From a virus (lineage: Duplodnaviria > Caudoviricetes), in the IMG/VR virus record IMGVR_UViG_3300044260_000040, positions 1 to 47,319 of that record: a stretch of DNA of 47,319 bases; one strand, given 5' to 3'. Made by a program: the position numbers and the translations under genes. Shown here piece after piece: positions 1-8,565 of the stretch. Positions within the stretch are counted from its first letter, which is position 1, and each line of letters starts with the position of its first letter. A model generated the notes under the pieces. That model ran no database searches. It was not told where the DNA came from and was given only the letters and a program-made list of their open reading frames with translations.

Positions 1-127
1 CCACAGGTTCTGAAGTCCGGTCACTCTGGCTCTCCCACTAGGTTGATGTCCACTCCGGTGGCGTTGACGATGGCCTCTGCGACAGCCTCGTCGCTTCGGA
101 CCGTTGCTGATGCGTACTCGGACGGCA
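1..127. repeat. Terminal direct repeat, left copy (identical to 47193-47319); circular-assembly overlap
   Basis: ccacaggttctgaagtcc...tactcggacggca occurs at both ends. Reading frames run across the junction: the holin start at 47216 equals position 24. Confidence 0.95.
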
Positions 128-212
128 GGCGCTCTGCGTCCTCGTCTTCAGACTCCGGCGCCGGTCGGATGGGCTCCGTCCGTGGCACCCATTTCCCGTT
201 CCTTACGGGCAT
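21..212 (-). CDS. Hypothetical protein, 63 aa
   Basis: AGGAG SD upstream of the ATG. The stop overlaps the GTG start of the holin across the circular junction. Confidence 0.55.
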   Translation of the reverse strand: MPVRNGKWVPRTEPIRPAPESEDEDAERLPSEYASATVRSDEAVAEAIVNATGVDINLVGEPE

Positions 213-417
213 CTGTCACTCTCCTAATCATAGCACGTCGCCACTCGTCGCTTGCCGCGCCGAAGATAGCATCCGCGACCTGTCCGGCGGTCAGGCCGGT
301 CTCCATGGCGATTTCGCGAGTCGTCTCGCCCGGAGACCAGCCGCCCGTCTCCATGATGGTCTGCTCAAACAGTGCTTGGCACTGCTTCGTCAGCTTGGGG
401 GTGCGTCTGACCTTCAT
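148..417 (-). CDS. Small protein with possible HTH
   Basis: TREIAMETGLTAGQVADAI resembles a helix-turn-helix. ATG at 417 overlaps the upstream stop. It overlaps the 21-212 ORF by 65 nt. Confidence 0.5.
   Translation of the reverse strand: MKVRRTPKLTKQCQALFEQTIMETGGWSPGETTREIAMETGLTAGQVADAIFGAASDEWRRAMIRRVTDARKEREMGATDGAHPTGAGV
227..235 (-). promoter_or_regulatory. Candidate extended -10 promoter (TGC-TATGAT) for the holin/exonuclease/GT block
   Basis: Minus strand reads CGTGCTATGATTAGGAG, an AT-rich island in GC-rich DNA. Confidence 0.4.
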
Positions 418-563
418 TCCTGTCCCTGTTCGAACCACTCGGCGGGCAGGTGAATGGGCCAGAACACTAGCTGCGGACGGGTCCGCTTGCCGAAGAACGT
501 GATGGGCATGAGAGCCGTGTTCGGAGGGAGGTCCCAGTCGATGCTGAGCACCGCTTGGACCAT
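414..563 (-). CDS. Hypothetical protein (start uncertain)
   Basis: Fills the gap between neighbouring genes; the stop overlaps the next ATG. Confidence 0.35.
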   Translation of the reverse strand: MVQAVLSIDWDLPPNTALMPITFFGKRTRPQLVFWPIHLPAEWFEQGQE

Positions 564-588
564 CTCACGGAAGGGCCATTGCTCTGGC

Positions 589-1194
589 TCATGCTTCTCC
601 GTCCCGTTGGCCTTGGCATCCGGCACACTGACACCCCTCATCTTCGTAGCACGCCAACTCGCAGCAAGTCGGGTGCCCATCCGTGGGCGCACGGTCGTCC
701 TCGCCCAAGCCGCGTTGTACGAACGCGGTGAGGGTGAGCGCATGCCACGCAACATGCGCCGTGTGCAGGAGTCCGCTCTCGGGGTCCGTGTCCTCGCCCG
801 CGAGGAACGCGAGCAGGTGCCGGAAGAGAGCGTCGATTGACAGGCTCCACGGGTAGCCCTTCAGGTAGTTATAGCGGGCGTACTTCGCCTCGCCGTAGCC
901 GAAGACTCGCGCCAACTCGTACAACGAGCCCGGGTCAGCGCCGCCCAGACGAGCGACCTTCTGCCCCTTCTGCCCGCCAGTGATGGAGGTGACGCGCACC
1001 TCCTCTTCCGTGGCGCGTAGTGCCTCGTGGGCAGCCTCACGCGCCTCGCGCCAGCGACGTTCCTTGTCGGACTCGGACTGGACAAGCGGCTCAGTCCGTT
1101 TCCATTCCACGGCGTCAGGGTCGGCGGTGCCAAAGCCGTGCGCGTGACGCCAAATGTCCTCGGGGTCCCACGAGGGGGCGATGTAATCGCTCAC
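589..1194 (-). CDS. dATP/dGTP diphosphohydrolase domain protein (DUF5664-like) with Cys-rich tail
   Basis: Motifs TGGQKG, LARVFGYGEAKYARYNY.KG, ALFRHLLAF..GED.DPESGL.H.AH.AW. GTG start overlaps the upstream TGA. Confidence 0.85.
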   Translation of the reverse strand: MSDYIAPSWDPEDIWRHAHGFGTADPDAVEWKRTEPLVQSESDKERRWREAREAAHEALRATEEEVRVTSITGGQKGQKVARLGGADPGSLYELARVFGYGEAKYARYNYLKGYPWSLSIDALFRHLLAFLAGEDTDPESGLLHTAHVAWHALTLTAFVQRGLGEDDRAPTDGHPTCCELACYEDEGCQCAGCQGQRDGEA

Positions 1195-1652
1195 AGCGGG
1201 CCGTACGGCTGCTGGTAGAACATCAGGTTCTTGCTCTCTGCCCACGCTCTGACGAGCGTCAGGAAGTCTACCTCTCGTAAGTGCACCTCCCCGTCTGTCG
1301 CGTGCATGCGCAACACGGGCAGCCCGCACAACGCATACGCCACGAAGGTCTCCAGTCGCGCACCCTTCGACTGGTTCCAGCCTCGGAGCACGACCACGCC
1401 TTCGATGCCATCGTCCGCCAGCATCTTCACGTCGCGGGCGAGGAAGTCTCCCCACGTCGTGCCGACGGGCAGGTCGCGCGGGTCTCCGCTCTCGCTGCGC
1501 ATCAGTTGCTCGCGCACGTTAGGCCCGTCCAACTCGGCCGGGCTCGTGACCATGTAGCCCTCGTCGCGCAGGCGCTCAGCCGTTGCGTCGAAGGCAGGGA
1601 TGTTGAACTGCGGGTAGCCCGTCATCGGGCCTGCGATGTACAGGCTACGCAC
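1191..1652 (-). CDS. DUF4406 / nucleoside 2-deoxyribosyltransferase-like protein
   Basis: LYIAGPMTGYPQFN..AF, V.SPAE, D..ML, L.GW.QSKGARLE signature. Confidence 0.85.
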   Translation of the reverse strand: MRSLYIAGPMTGYPQFNIPAFDATAERLRDEGYMVTSPAELDGPNVREQLMRSESGDPRDLPVGTTWGDFLARDVKMLADDGIEGVVVLRGWNQSKGARLETFVAYALCGLPVLRMHATDGEVHLREVDFLTLVRAWAESKNLMFYQQPYGPL

Positions 1653-2028
1653 TCTGCTTCTCCTGCAGGAAGGCGAGCGCGGCAGGGTTGTCGCGCATCC
1701 ACGAGAGCATGACCGGCGCGAGCACGCTCACGACGTGCTCATCGAAACCATCCGCCGCCTGCCCATTCATCAGAGTGTCAAGCTGGCTCATGGCGAGCAT
1801 GGCGTGAAGGTTCTCATGCAGGAAGGTCTCGCGCATGCGTTCGAACTGCATGCCGTCGTCCAAGGTGATTGTCTGGTCCTCTTCTGTATAGACCCCGTAG
1901 GCCCGATGGAGATGCGGCTCTCCATCAGGGCCCACAGGCTCCCCCTCGTCGGGGCAGTGCAGGTTAGGCACTGCCTCAACGTTGATGCGCTGGCTCAAGA
2001 GCCAGACGTGCGGGGGAAGCTCCATCAA
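1645..2028 (-). CDS. Small zincin-like metallopeptidase domain protein
   Basis: YG......QTITLD then [11 protein letters not shown] (HExxH) and a downstream E (DEHVV). Confidence 0.7.
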   Translation of the reverse strand: MMELPPHVWLLSQRINVEAVPNLHCPDEGEPVGPDGEPHLHRAYGVYTEEDQTITLDDGMQFERMRETFLHENLHAMLAMSQLDTLMNGQAADGFDEHVVSVLAPVMLSWMRDNPAALAFLQEKQSA

Positions 2029-2702
2029 CCGACCGTATCAGTCGGGGGGAGCGTTGGCTCAGGGGTGGGGGTGGTAGTGGGCGTTGGGGTAGGGGTCGGT
2101 CCAACCGATGGTGCGGGCGTAGATGGCGATGGTGTCTCTGAGATGCCGGGCGAAGTCGAAGGCTCGCGCGGCTCTCGGGTGACGGGCGGCGTAGGCGTGG
2201 CGCTTGGCCCAACGCTTGGCGAACTGCTCGGCGCGGGCGTGGGCGAGGGCGTCGCGCTTGGCGATGCGCTCGGACTCGGCTCGGGTGTAGGTGAGGCCGA
2301 CCCTGAAGGTTCGGGGGTTGGCGTAGGGGTCAAAGACGGGCTGGGGCTGGGCTCGGGCGGGACTGGGCACTGGGCTTCTCCGATGTACTGATTGCCCTGC
2401 GCTGTGTTCGCATCTGTCTGGACGGCGAGGACGAATGACCGCCCCTGCGCGTCAGCGAAGTAGGAACCGACCCCACCGTAACTCGGGATAGCGTTGACGC
2501 TGACCACGATTGGGTTCGTGCCAGTCTGCAGGCGCTCGTCCACATCGGGCGTGCCTACGTACTTGCAGACCCAGACCTTGAAGTTGTCGCTGCCGCCGGT
2601 CGTGTTATCGCCGTTGCCATTCCCGTTACCGGGCGTGGCGGAGACGATGCCCGCAAGTGCGAGCAGGAACACCACCGACAGGATGACCGAAAGTCTCTTC
2701 AT
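2025..2702 (-). CDS. Secreted protein: signal peptide, small Cys-pair domain, long Pro/Ser/Thr tail ending TLPPTDTVG
   Basis: N-terminus [22 protein letters not shown] is a Sec-type signal; AAGGG SD; about 110 aa of PT/PS repeats. Confidence 0.8.
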   Translation of the reverse strand: MKRLSVILSVVFLLALAGIVSATPGNGNGNGDNTTGGSDNFKVWVCKYVGTPDVDERLQTGTNPIVVSVNAIPSYGGVGSYFADAQGRSFVLAVQTDANTAQGNQYIGEAQCPVPPEPSPSPSLTPTPTPEPSGSASPTPEPSPSASPSATPSPTPAPSSSPSVGPSATPTPPVTREPREPSTSPGISETPSPSTPAPSVGPTPTPTPTTTPTPEPTLPPTDTVG

Positions 2703-3271
2703 GTTTCCCTTTCAAACTCGTCGCACGAGATGCAGGCGTGGTACTTGCGGCCACGTCGGGACGTAAGCTCGGTCGTGTTGGCGGCTCCGTGTTTCGGGCA
2801 CACCCAACCGTCCGGCGACGTGACGGGTGCGGGTGGGGTGTCCGGCTTGAAGGCCGCCGCCTGCGCTTGCTTGGACTTCTCAGCAAAGTGCTGTTCGAAC
2901 TGCACGCGTTCGCGTTCGGCCGCCGCTGCATCAGCCTGCTGTTCGGGCGTGAGCGCGGGCTCAACGGGCGTAGGTGTGGGTGCGGACAACGTGCGCGCTT
3001 CCTCGCTCACGAGCCCGTACAACGCAGCGAGGGCGTTCAGGCCCTCGCGAATGTGGGCGGCCTCTTCCTCCATCTGGGCGACGAGTTTCAGGCCGTTGAT
3101 GATGGCCCTGTGCACAGTCTGCGGGTCATCGAAAGGGAAGTTTACCTCATGCTTGCCATCCAGCGGGCCGTTGCGCTCGCGCCCGACGGGCGTGAGTGCG
3201 ACTGCAGCGCCCGCCTTGCGTGTCATCACGCTGGACGTGAGGGAGTCGAGGATGCTCTGCGTTCCGCTCAT
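2699..3271 (-). CDS. Hypothetical protein, coiled coil plus C-terminal Zn ribbon
   Basis: WVCPKHG...YHACISC; ATGA overlaps at both ends. Confidence 0.7.
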   Translation of the reverse strand: MSGTQSILDSLTSSVMTRKAGAAVALTPVGRERNGPLDGKHEVNFPFDDPQTVHRAIINGLKLVAQMEEEAAHIREGLNALAALYGLVSEEARTLSAPTPTPVEPALTPEQQADAAAAERERVQFEQHFAEKSKQAQAAAFKPDTPPAPVTSPDGWVCPKHGAANTTELTSRRGRKYHACISCDEFERET

Positions 3272-4296
3272 TCCTCGGGCTCCTGTGACTCGCCCTTAAT
3301 CGTCTCGCTGAAGATATTAGTGGGCTCGGGATACTTGGCGAGCAGGCGTGCGAACGCCACGCTCCCAAGGAAGGCCCGGACCACTTCCTCTTCGAACGCA
3401 AACAGGTGCAGCGCCCATCCGTTCGGGCGGATGTGGGCGAGGCCGCCATAATGCGCGGCCGTGAGCAGGTCCGTCAGGCGCGAGTCAGGCTTGCCGTTCT
3501 CATCGAAGGCAACCTCCGCACTCAGGTAAGCGTGGGCCTGAACCACTTGGTCGGTGTAGACACCAGTGCTGGTCTTCCAATCCAGCAGCGCCAGCTTGCC
3601 GCCCATCATCGCGATGTAGGCAGCGTCGATGACCTCGCCGCGCAGCGGGCACACGAAGCCATCTGGCAGCAGCCACACGAGCGCGTCGAACGTGCCCGCA
3701 TAACCCGCAGTCAGGTTGGCAATGCGCACCTCTCGGCCGAGAATGACGAACGGGACCTGCTTTCTCATGTCTGCATACTGGCGCAAGGCGTTGCGCACGA
3801 AGAGGACATCCTCGTCAGTCACGCCGTCGGCCAGCTTCTTCTGGTCGGCAGGACGAAGGTCCATCACGGCGTTCTCGACGTACGCTCGCTCGACGCGGCG
3901 CCAGTCAACGCCCTTCTCAATCGCCTCATGCGTGAGCGTCCCACGCACAGCGGCGATGTTGCGCGGCTCGTCTGCGCGAGCGCGCAGCCACTTGCGCAGG
4001 GCATCAATCTTGCCCTGCTCCCCGTTCGACGCCTCGTACATACGGGCGAACTCGGACGGGAACTCCCAGACCTGACGCGTTTCCTTCACGCCGCCGCGCG
4101 GGCCGATGGTCTGGCGCTTCTGCGTGCCCAAGGCAGCGTCCGCGAGGTTAGCCATCTGCCAGTTGACGAGGTTGAACGACTCGCCGCACAGCGTGCGGAT
4201 GCTGGTCACGGACAGCAGGTCAGTCGGCTCGCTCCCGTCTTCCGGGTCGTACCGATAGAACCTGAAGCCGTCGCCGTTGATTTGGTCGAAGCTCAC
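3268..4296 (-). CDS. PD-(D/E)XK (Cas4/RecB-like) exonuclease
   Basis: SVTSI, RGTLTHEAIE, E, YAGTFD, LLDWKTS...Q..AY motifs. GTG start at 4296 overlaps the upstream stop. Confidence 0.85.
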   Translation of the reverse strand: MSFDQINGDGFRFYRYDPEDGSEPTDLLSVTSIRTLCGESFNLVNWQMANLADAALGTQKRQTIGPRGGVKETRQVWEFPSEFARMYEASNGEQGKIDALRKWLRARADEPRNIAAVRGTLTHEAIEKGVDWRRVERAYVENAVMDLRPADQKKLADGVTDEDVLFVRNALRQYADMRKQVPFVILGREVRIANLTAGYAGTFDALVWLLPDGFVCPLRGEVIDAAYIAMMGGKLALLDWKTSTGVYTDQVVQAHAYLSAEVAFDENGKPDSRLTDLLTAAHYGGLAHIRPNGWALHLFAFEEEVVRAFLGSVAFARLLAKYPEPTNIFSETIKGESQEPEE

Positions 4297-4538
4297 ACGG
4301 CACCCCCACGGGTCAGGCGCAAGCGCCCGATGACCGTGCGGCTGACGACTGCGAACTCCGCGTCGTCGTCGGCCACCCAGCCCTGAACGGTGAACTTCTG
4401 AGCGTAGTCGCGCAGCATGCGGTCGCACTTCGCAGCCGCGTCGCGGACATCCGCGTCCACGGTGGCGATGCGCTCCGCAGGCGTTGCGTAGTCGGGCAGG
4501 CGCACCATCGCCTGCACGATACGCGGATGGTCAGTCAT
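4293..4538 (-). CDS. Hypothetical protein, 81 aa
   Basis: GAGG SD; coupled to the exonuclease start. Confidence 0.6.
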   Translation of the reverse strand: MTDHPRIVQAMVRLPDYATPAERIATVDADVRDAAAKCDRMLRDYAQKFTVQGWVADDDAEFAVVSRTVIGRLRLTRGGAV

Positions 4539-4544
4539 GGCGCC

Positions 4545-4766
4545 TCACAGCAAGCTGTCGGTCGCGAGCAGCAGGACGCCACTCGCAAGCGACACGACAA
4601 GGAATGGCGTGAGCCACACGCCGATGCCCAAGAACACGAACAGGGCGCAGTACAGGATGATGCGCCGGACCGCGCCCTGCGGGTGCCCGGCGATTGCGTT
4701 GCGCGCGAAGCCCTCGGCTTTCTCCTGCTTGGTCGGGGTCTCTTCCGACTCTGCATTCGTGACCAC
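4545..4766 (-). CDS. Small membrane protein (2 TM)
   Basis: IILYCALFVFLGIGVWLTPFLVVSLASGVLLLA. Confidence 0.6.
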   Translation of the reverse strand: MVTNAESEETPTKQEKAEGFARNAIAGHPQGAVRRIILYCALFVFLGIGVWLTPFLVVSLASGVLLLATDSLL

Positions 4767-5033
4767 TCACAGCACCTCTAGGGTAGACAGGTCAGGGAGA
4801 CCCGCCTCGCGAACTGCCTTGTCAACGCGGGCGAAGTACGTCGTCACCGACTCTTCGAACCCGTACAGCGGCCATAGTGCGCGGGTCGCAGGCACGCCAG
4901 CCCAGCCGTCGTGCATGCGATGCGAGCAGTATTGCCGTGGCGTGTCGCCGCGCAAGGCGTACATCTGCCCGTGGTCAGGGACCAGCGGGCAGATGTCACC
5001 GTTGCCAGCGTCGTTACCGCGTCTGCGGCTCAC
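4767..5033 (-). CDS. Small Cys/His protein (start uncertain)
   Basis: CPLVPDHG...YCSHRMHDG, a possible Zn site. Confidence 0.5.
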   Translation of the reverse strand: MSRRRGNDAGNGDICPLVPDHGQMYALRGDTPRQYCSHRMHDGWAGVPATRALWPLYGFEESVTTYFARVDKAVREAGLPDLSTLEVL

Positions 5034-5202
5034 GGAACTTCTCAAACGGGTCCTCGGGCTTGGGCAGGGGCGGGAGCGTGAAGCACTCACGGCACACGCT
5101 CCCCGCGTTGCTCGCGCCCCTGTTCGGGCACGCATTGGGCTCGTGCGCGTTCCCACAACGCTGCACGATGCACGTACACCTGTAGTCAGGCCAATCGCTC
5201 AT
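5014..5202 (-). CDS. Small Cys-rich protein
   Basis: CTC...RC..AH...AC...VCREC; ATGA coupling. Confidence 0.55.
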   Translation of the reverse strand: MSDWPDYRCTCIVQRCGNAHEPNACPNRGASNAGSVCRECFTLPPLPKPEDPFEKFREPQTR

Positions 5203-5426
5203 GGCATGTGGTCCTTGTGAAACGTGTCTAGGTGCTTAGCCACGGCCTGCTTGATGTCGTGGTCCCACTTCTCTTCGATGACATGGGTATGGCGCACCAT
5301 CATCACGCCGCCCTGATTGGGGTGGAAGAACAAGGTGCCGGGCAACAGCGGGTGCATAGAGTACACGGGCTCGCGGAGCCCAAGACTCTCTGCCCATGTG
5401 TGCACGGCCTGCTCATCCAACGTCAT
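5199..5426 (-). CDS. Hypothetical protein, 75 aa
   Basis: GGAG SD; tightly packed in the operon. Confidence 0.6.
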   Translation of the reverse strand: MTLDEQAVHTWAESLGLREPVYSMHPLLPGTLFFHPNQGGVMMVRHTHVIEEKWDHDIKQAVAKHLDTFHKDHMP

Positions 5427-5673
5427 CTGTCTCCACGCTCATGGGTCGAATGCCGGTGGTGGTCAGCATAGCTGCCACCATCGCGGCTGCGCGGTCGTTC
5501 GCCATCACGTTGCGGGCGAGCGACATGTACGAGCCTAGCTGTGCGACGCCTTCCACCTCATCCATCTCGGACAGGATAGTACGCATCTGCGCGGGTGTCA
5601 ACTCTGCGCGGATAGCCTCGTACGCCTGCAGCCACTGGCCCACGCGCTCGGGCACGGTCACGGGTCGGGTCAC
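5413..5673 (-). CDS. Hypothetical protein
   Basis: GGAGG SD before GTG; coupled overlaps. Confidence 0.55.
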   Translation of the reverse strand: MTRPVTVPERVGQWLQAYEAIRAELTPAQMRTILSEMDEVEGVAQLGSYMSLARNVMANDRAAAMVAAMLTTTGIRPMSVETDDVG

Positions 5674-5927
5674 AGGTTGTCCTCCCACTGCACGCGCACC
5701 TCGCATGCGAACACGGTGGCGTCGAGCAGGCTGTCTGGGAACTGCCGCATCACGGGCCTATCCACGAGGACAGGCCCGTTATCGCATATGAACTTCCAGA
5801 CCGCCTTGCCCATGTCCTCATCCAGCGTGCGGCCGACCATCTCCGTGACGACGGCGGGGTCGGCCGCCGTCAGCAGCGCACGCGTGACCGCGTGGCGAGT
5901 GCTGATGGTCGTCTCCTGTACTGACAT
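5670..5927 (-). CDS. Hypothetical protein
   Basis: MSVQETT start overlapping the upstream TGA. Confidence 0.55.
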   Translation of the reverse strand: MSVQETTISTRHAVTRALLTAADPAVVTEMVGRTLDEDMGKAVWKFICDNGPVLVDRPVMRQFPDSLLDATVFACEVRVQWEDNL

Positions 5928-6127
5928 CAGGTGCCCCTGATGTGATTGGTACATCCCAGCTTCGTGCACCCGGTCGCCCGGTGCACGTTCAGGATGTTGG
6001 TACGCCTGTACCCGTAGCGGCGAGTGCTGTCGGGCACCCATTCGTTACTGGGCAGGCTCTCACTCCGAAACCGCTCCACCTTGACGTGGCGCGGAGGCGC
6101 TGCGACGCGCCTAACTTCAGCCGCCAT
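5927..6127 (-). CDS. Hypothetical basic protein
   Basis: GGAGAGG SD before MAAEVRR. Confidence 0.5.
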   Translation of the reverse strand: MAAEVRRVAAPPRHVKVERFRSESLPSNEWVPDSTRRYGYRRTNILNVHRATGCTKLGCTNHIRGT

Positions 6128-6284
6128 TCGCTCGCCTCTCCAACTCTTCACGCATCTCAGGGCAGGCCCGGCAGCACGCATCGTGCTGCCGGATGTCCTG
6201 CTCGCAGGTAGGACACGCGTCCTCGCGTCCGCGCTTGTCGTACACGAGGGGCGTGCCGTCGTACTCACACGTTCGCTCAGGCAC
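6117..6284 (-). CDS. Small Zn-finger-like protein
   Basis: CEYDG...CPTC...HDACCRAC; GAGGAG SD. Confidence 0.5.
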   Translation of the reverse strand: MPERTCEYDGTPLVYDKRGREDACPTCEQDIRQHDACCRACPEMREELERRANGG

Positions 6285-6939
6285 GTCGCATGCGCTCCTC
6301 GTTGTACGCGTTGGCAAGCTCACGGATGAGCACGGCAACGCGGGGAAGGATGTCCAATGGCAGTCGCGACATCTCTTCGATGATGCCACGGGCCGCGCCG
6401 TCGAAGGCGACGAAGACAGCCGGGTCCTCGTCCTCGTGCAGCGCTTCCATCAGGTCCGCCATCGCGGCCTCGCGCACGGGGTCGCTCTTGGGCTTGTGCT
6501 TGCCGTAGAAGTTGTGCTTCGCGATGCGCTCGCCGCTCTTGCGCGCCTCTTCCAACCTCTCTTCGAATAGCCAGTCGGGCATCTGCGCGGCGGCCTTCCA
6601 CTGGACAACCCAGTTGAGCATGCGCGAGCGCCGTTGGGGGTCTACGCCAAGGACTTCAACCAGCGTAGGGAGTTGAAGAGGATTGTTCCCTGCGCGGGGT
6701 GCTACCAGACCTTGGTCTTCCATCTCCATGAGCACGCGCCCAAGGGCGCGCTCGCTACGAAGCACGACTTCGGCCGCCTCGTTCTCAGCTTCGATGCCGA
6801 GGGACCGTGCCTGCGCGCCCTTCTGGAACGCGGTCGCCATCGCGTGGACATCACGCAAGGCGCCCACATCCTTCGCTTCAGTCGCGAGGGCGAGCGCCTG
6901 CTTGACGGGCGAGATGTTTGCTAGTGCGGTTTCTGTCAT
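6277..6939 (-). CDS. Helical phage protein; N-terminus resembles the domain often preceding phage DNA methyltransferases
   Basis: ALALA...L.D....A.A.......L..E..NEAAE..LR.ER.LG..L pattern. No MTase motifs follow. Confidence 0.65.
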   Translation of the reverse strand: MTETALANISPVKQALALATEAKDVGALRDVHAMATAFQKGAQARSLGIEAENEAAEVVLRSERALGRVLMEMEDQGLVAPRAGNNPLQLPTLVEVLGVDPQRRSRMLNWVVQWKAAAQMPDWLFEERLEEARKSGERIAKHNFYGKHKPKSDPVREAAMADLMEALHEDEDPAVFVAFDGAARGIIEEMSRLPLDILPRVAVLIRELANAYNEERMRRA

Positions 6940-7160
6940 TTGTCACCTGCGACAGTGAGGAAGGACTCCAGTATACCACGTCGCCCGTCGTCGTGTCGCG
7001 TCACGCGTCGCGGGCGCGGCACACGGTTAGGCACGTAGAGCACTTCGATGGTCGTGAACCTGTGCTGGCAGCGCATACATATGCGCCGCCTATGCACGTA
7101 CCCGTTGCGTGGGCGGGAGTCGTACACCTGCGTGTCGAACCCGCACAAGGCGCACTTCAC
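6936..7160 (-). CDS. NrdR-like Zn-ribbon protein without ATP cone
   Basis: MKCALCGFDTQVYDSR...RRRICMRCQHRFTTIE matches the NrdR N-terminal pattern CxxC..T.V.DSR..RRR.CxxC..RFTT.E. Confidence 0.8.
   Translation of the reverse strand: MKCALCGFDTQVYDSRPRNGYVHRRRICMRCQHRFTTIEVLYVPNRVPRPRRVTRHDDGRRGILESFLTVAGDK
6970..6978 (-). promoter_or_regulatory. Candidate extended -10 promoter (TGG-TATACT)
   Basis: Minus strand CGTGGTATACTGG, about 30 nt upstream of the 6939 start. Confidence 0.45.
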
Positions 7161-7363
7161 TTGCGCACGTCCTGCAGCATGAACCAGAGCAGGCCCAGCC
7201 CAGCAATCCACATCCAGTTGTCGAGGATGAACCCCCACACGGACGTGATGAACCAGACCTGCCCCAGCAGCAGTAGTCCGCTCACGATGATGAACGCGGG
7301 CAGCGCGAACAGGGCCAACAGGCCCTCTCGCGTATCCGCCCACGTCACGCGCTCGTCATTCAC
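7157..7363 (-). CDS. Small membrane protein
   Basis: Two hydrophobic segments; AGGAG SD. Confidence 0.65.
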   Translation of the reverse strand: MNDERVTWADTREGLLALFALPAFIIVSGLLLLGQVWFITSVWGFILDNWMWIAGLGLLWFMLQDVRK

Positions 7364-7484
7364 GGTCCGCTCCTACCAGCTTGAGCACGATAGCCAAGAT
7401 GAGGCCGACGGCCGCCCCGTAGAGCAGCGCGTGCAGCAGCATGCCCACGAACACGAGGGCAATAGTGTCGCCGTTGACAATCAT
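7356..7484 (-). CDS. 42-aa membrane peptide (not in the ORF track)
   Basis: My translation: MIVNGDTIALVFVGMLLHALLYGAAVGLILAIVLKLVGADRE. ATGA overlap with the upstream gene; GGAG SD. Confidence 0.55.
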   Translation of the reverse strand: MIVNGDTIALVFVGMLLHALLYGAAVGLILAIVLKLVGADRE

Positions 7485-7786
7485 GTACGCATCTCCAGTG
7501 TCATACCGGGCGTGATTGGCAGCAGGTCCGTGTCATTCACGACGACACGGTAGCCGTGGTCGTCCGTGATGACGGACCAGTCATAGTGCCGGTAGCCACC
7601 GTGCGAGGAACACTCGCCGGGGGACCACACGTACGAGCGCTCCAGCACGCGGACAACGAGCCCGGGCTTGTACTTGGACGTGACGATGCACAGCGCGCCC
7701 TTCTCGGGTCCGCGCAAGCGCAACGAGTCTTCCGGCGGGATGGGGTGGCCCCTCCCGTTCGGGAAGCTGCATTCGTGCTCGCTCAC
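7481..7786 (-). CDS. Hypothetical protein, 101 aa
   Basis: GAGG SD; coupled. Confidence 0.6.
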   Translation of the reverse strand: MSEHECSFPNGRGHPIPPEDSLRLRGPEKGALCIVTSKYKPGLVVRVLERSYVWSPGECSSHGGYRHYDWSVITDDHGYRVVVNDTDLLPITPGMTLEMRT

Positions 7787-7959
7787 GCGGGCACCTCACT
7801 CTCAGGCACGAGCCGGTCACTCAGGACCGGCCCCTGCGCACGTCGCAGGATTGCCGCGCAGCGCTCGGCCGCCCACAACGAGCGCCACGGGCCCCACCAC
7901 GCGTGCCCATCCGTCACGAACCACACGTTGGCTCGTGGCACAACCATGTACTTCGTCAC

Positions 7960-8424
7960 TCACATGCTCCAGTACGTTTCGTAGCGCGGGTCAAGTGCAG
8001 GCGTGTCCATGAACACTTGCTCGCGATAGCGCTTCCACAGCTTCGTGCCCTCTTTGTACGGATTGCGGGCGAGCAAGTCCTCCTCACGCTCCAGCGTGGC
8101 GCGGAGGCATGGCTCGCAGTCCCACTCGTGCACGGGTCCGCCCCCGCGCACCTTGTGCACGGGAGCGAGCATGGAGTCAAGCGTCAGTTGCTCACCGCGA
8201 ATGGGCGTGAACACGACGGGCTCGGGATACCACGCTCCCGGTCCACTGCAATGATTGTCCTGTGCCCTCGGCAGCATTCCTCTTGCGGAGTGCGGCCCGG
8301 TATACCCGTGCGGGCACGTCGGCACATCATCTCCGTGGCATGGGCACGGGCCGGAGCACGGACGCGTGCCATCGACCCGTGGAAGAGGCCAGCAGCGCGT
8401 GCAGCACGGCCCACGGTCAGTCAT
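7960..8424 (-). CDS. Cys-rich hypothetical protein
   Basis: CCTRC...CSGPCPCH...CPHG...HEWDCEPC. Confidence 0.55.
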   Translation of the reverse strand: MTDRGPCCTRCWPLPRVDGTRPCSGPCPCHGDDVPTCPHGYTGPHSARGMLPRAQDNHCSGPGAWYPEPVVFTPIRGEQLTLDSMLAPVHKVRGGGPVHEWDCEPCLRATLEREEDLLARNPYKEGTKLWKRYREQVFMDTPALDPRYETYWSM

Positions 8425-8565
8425 GCGCGCACCCCTCGCACGTACAAGGCGGCCAGTAGTGCAGCCACACGTGCGGGAAACGCGACTGCACGTTGAGCCC
8501 GAAGATGTGCCCGCGAACGTGCAGGCGGAACGTGAGGGCGTGCTTTCCGCGCCAGAACTTCAGTT

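Noticed and set aside
589-1652. 2-aminoadenine (Z) or 7-deazaguanine modified genome
   Set aside because: No PurZ, DpoZ, DpdA or Que/Fol genes seen. Strong restriction-site avoidance argues for unmodified DNA.
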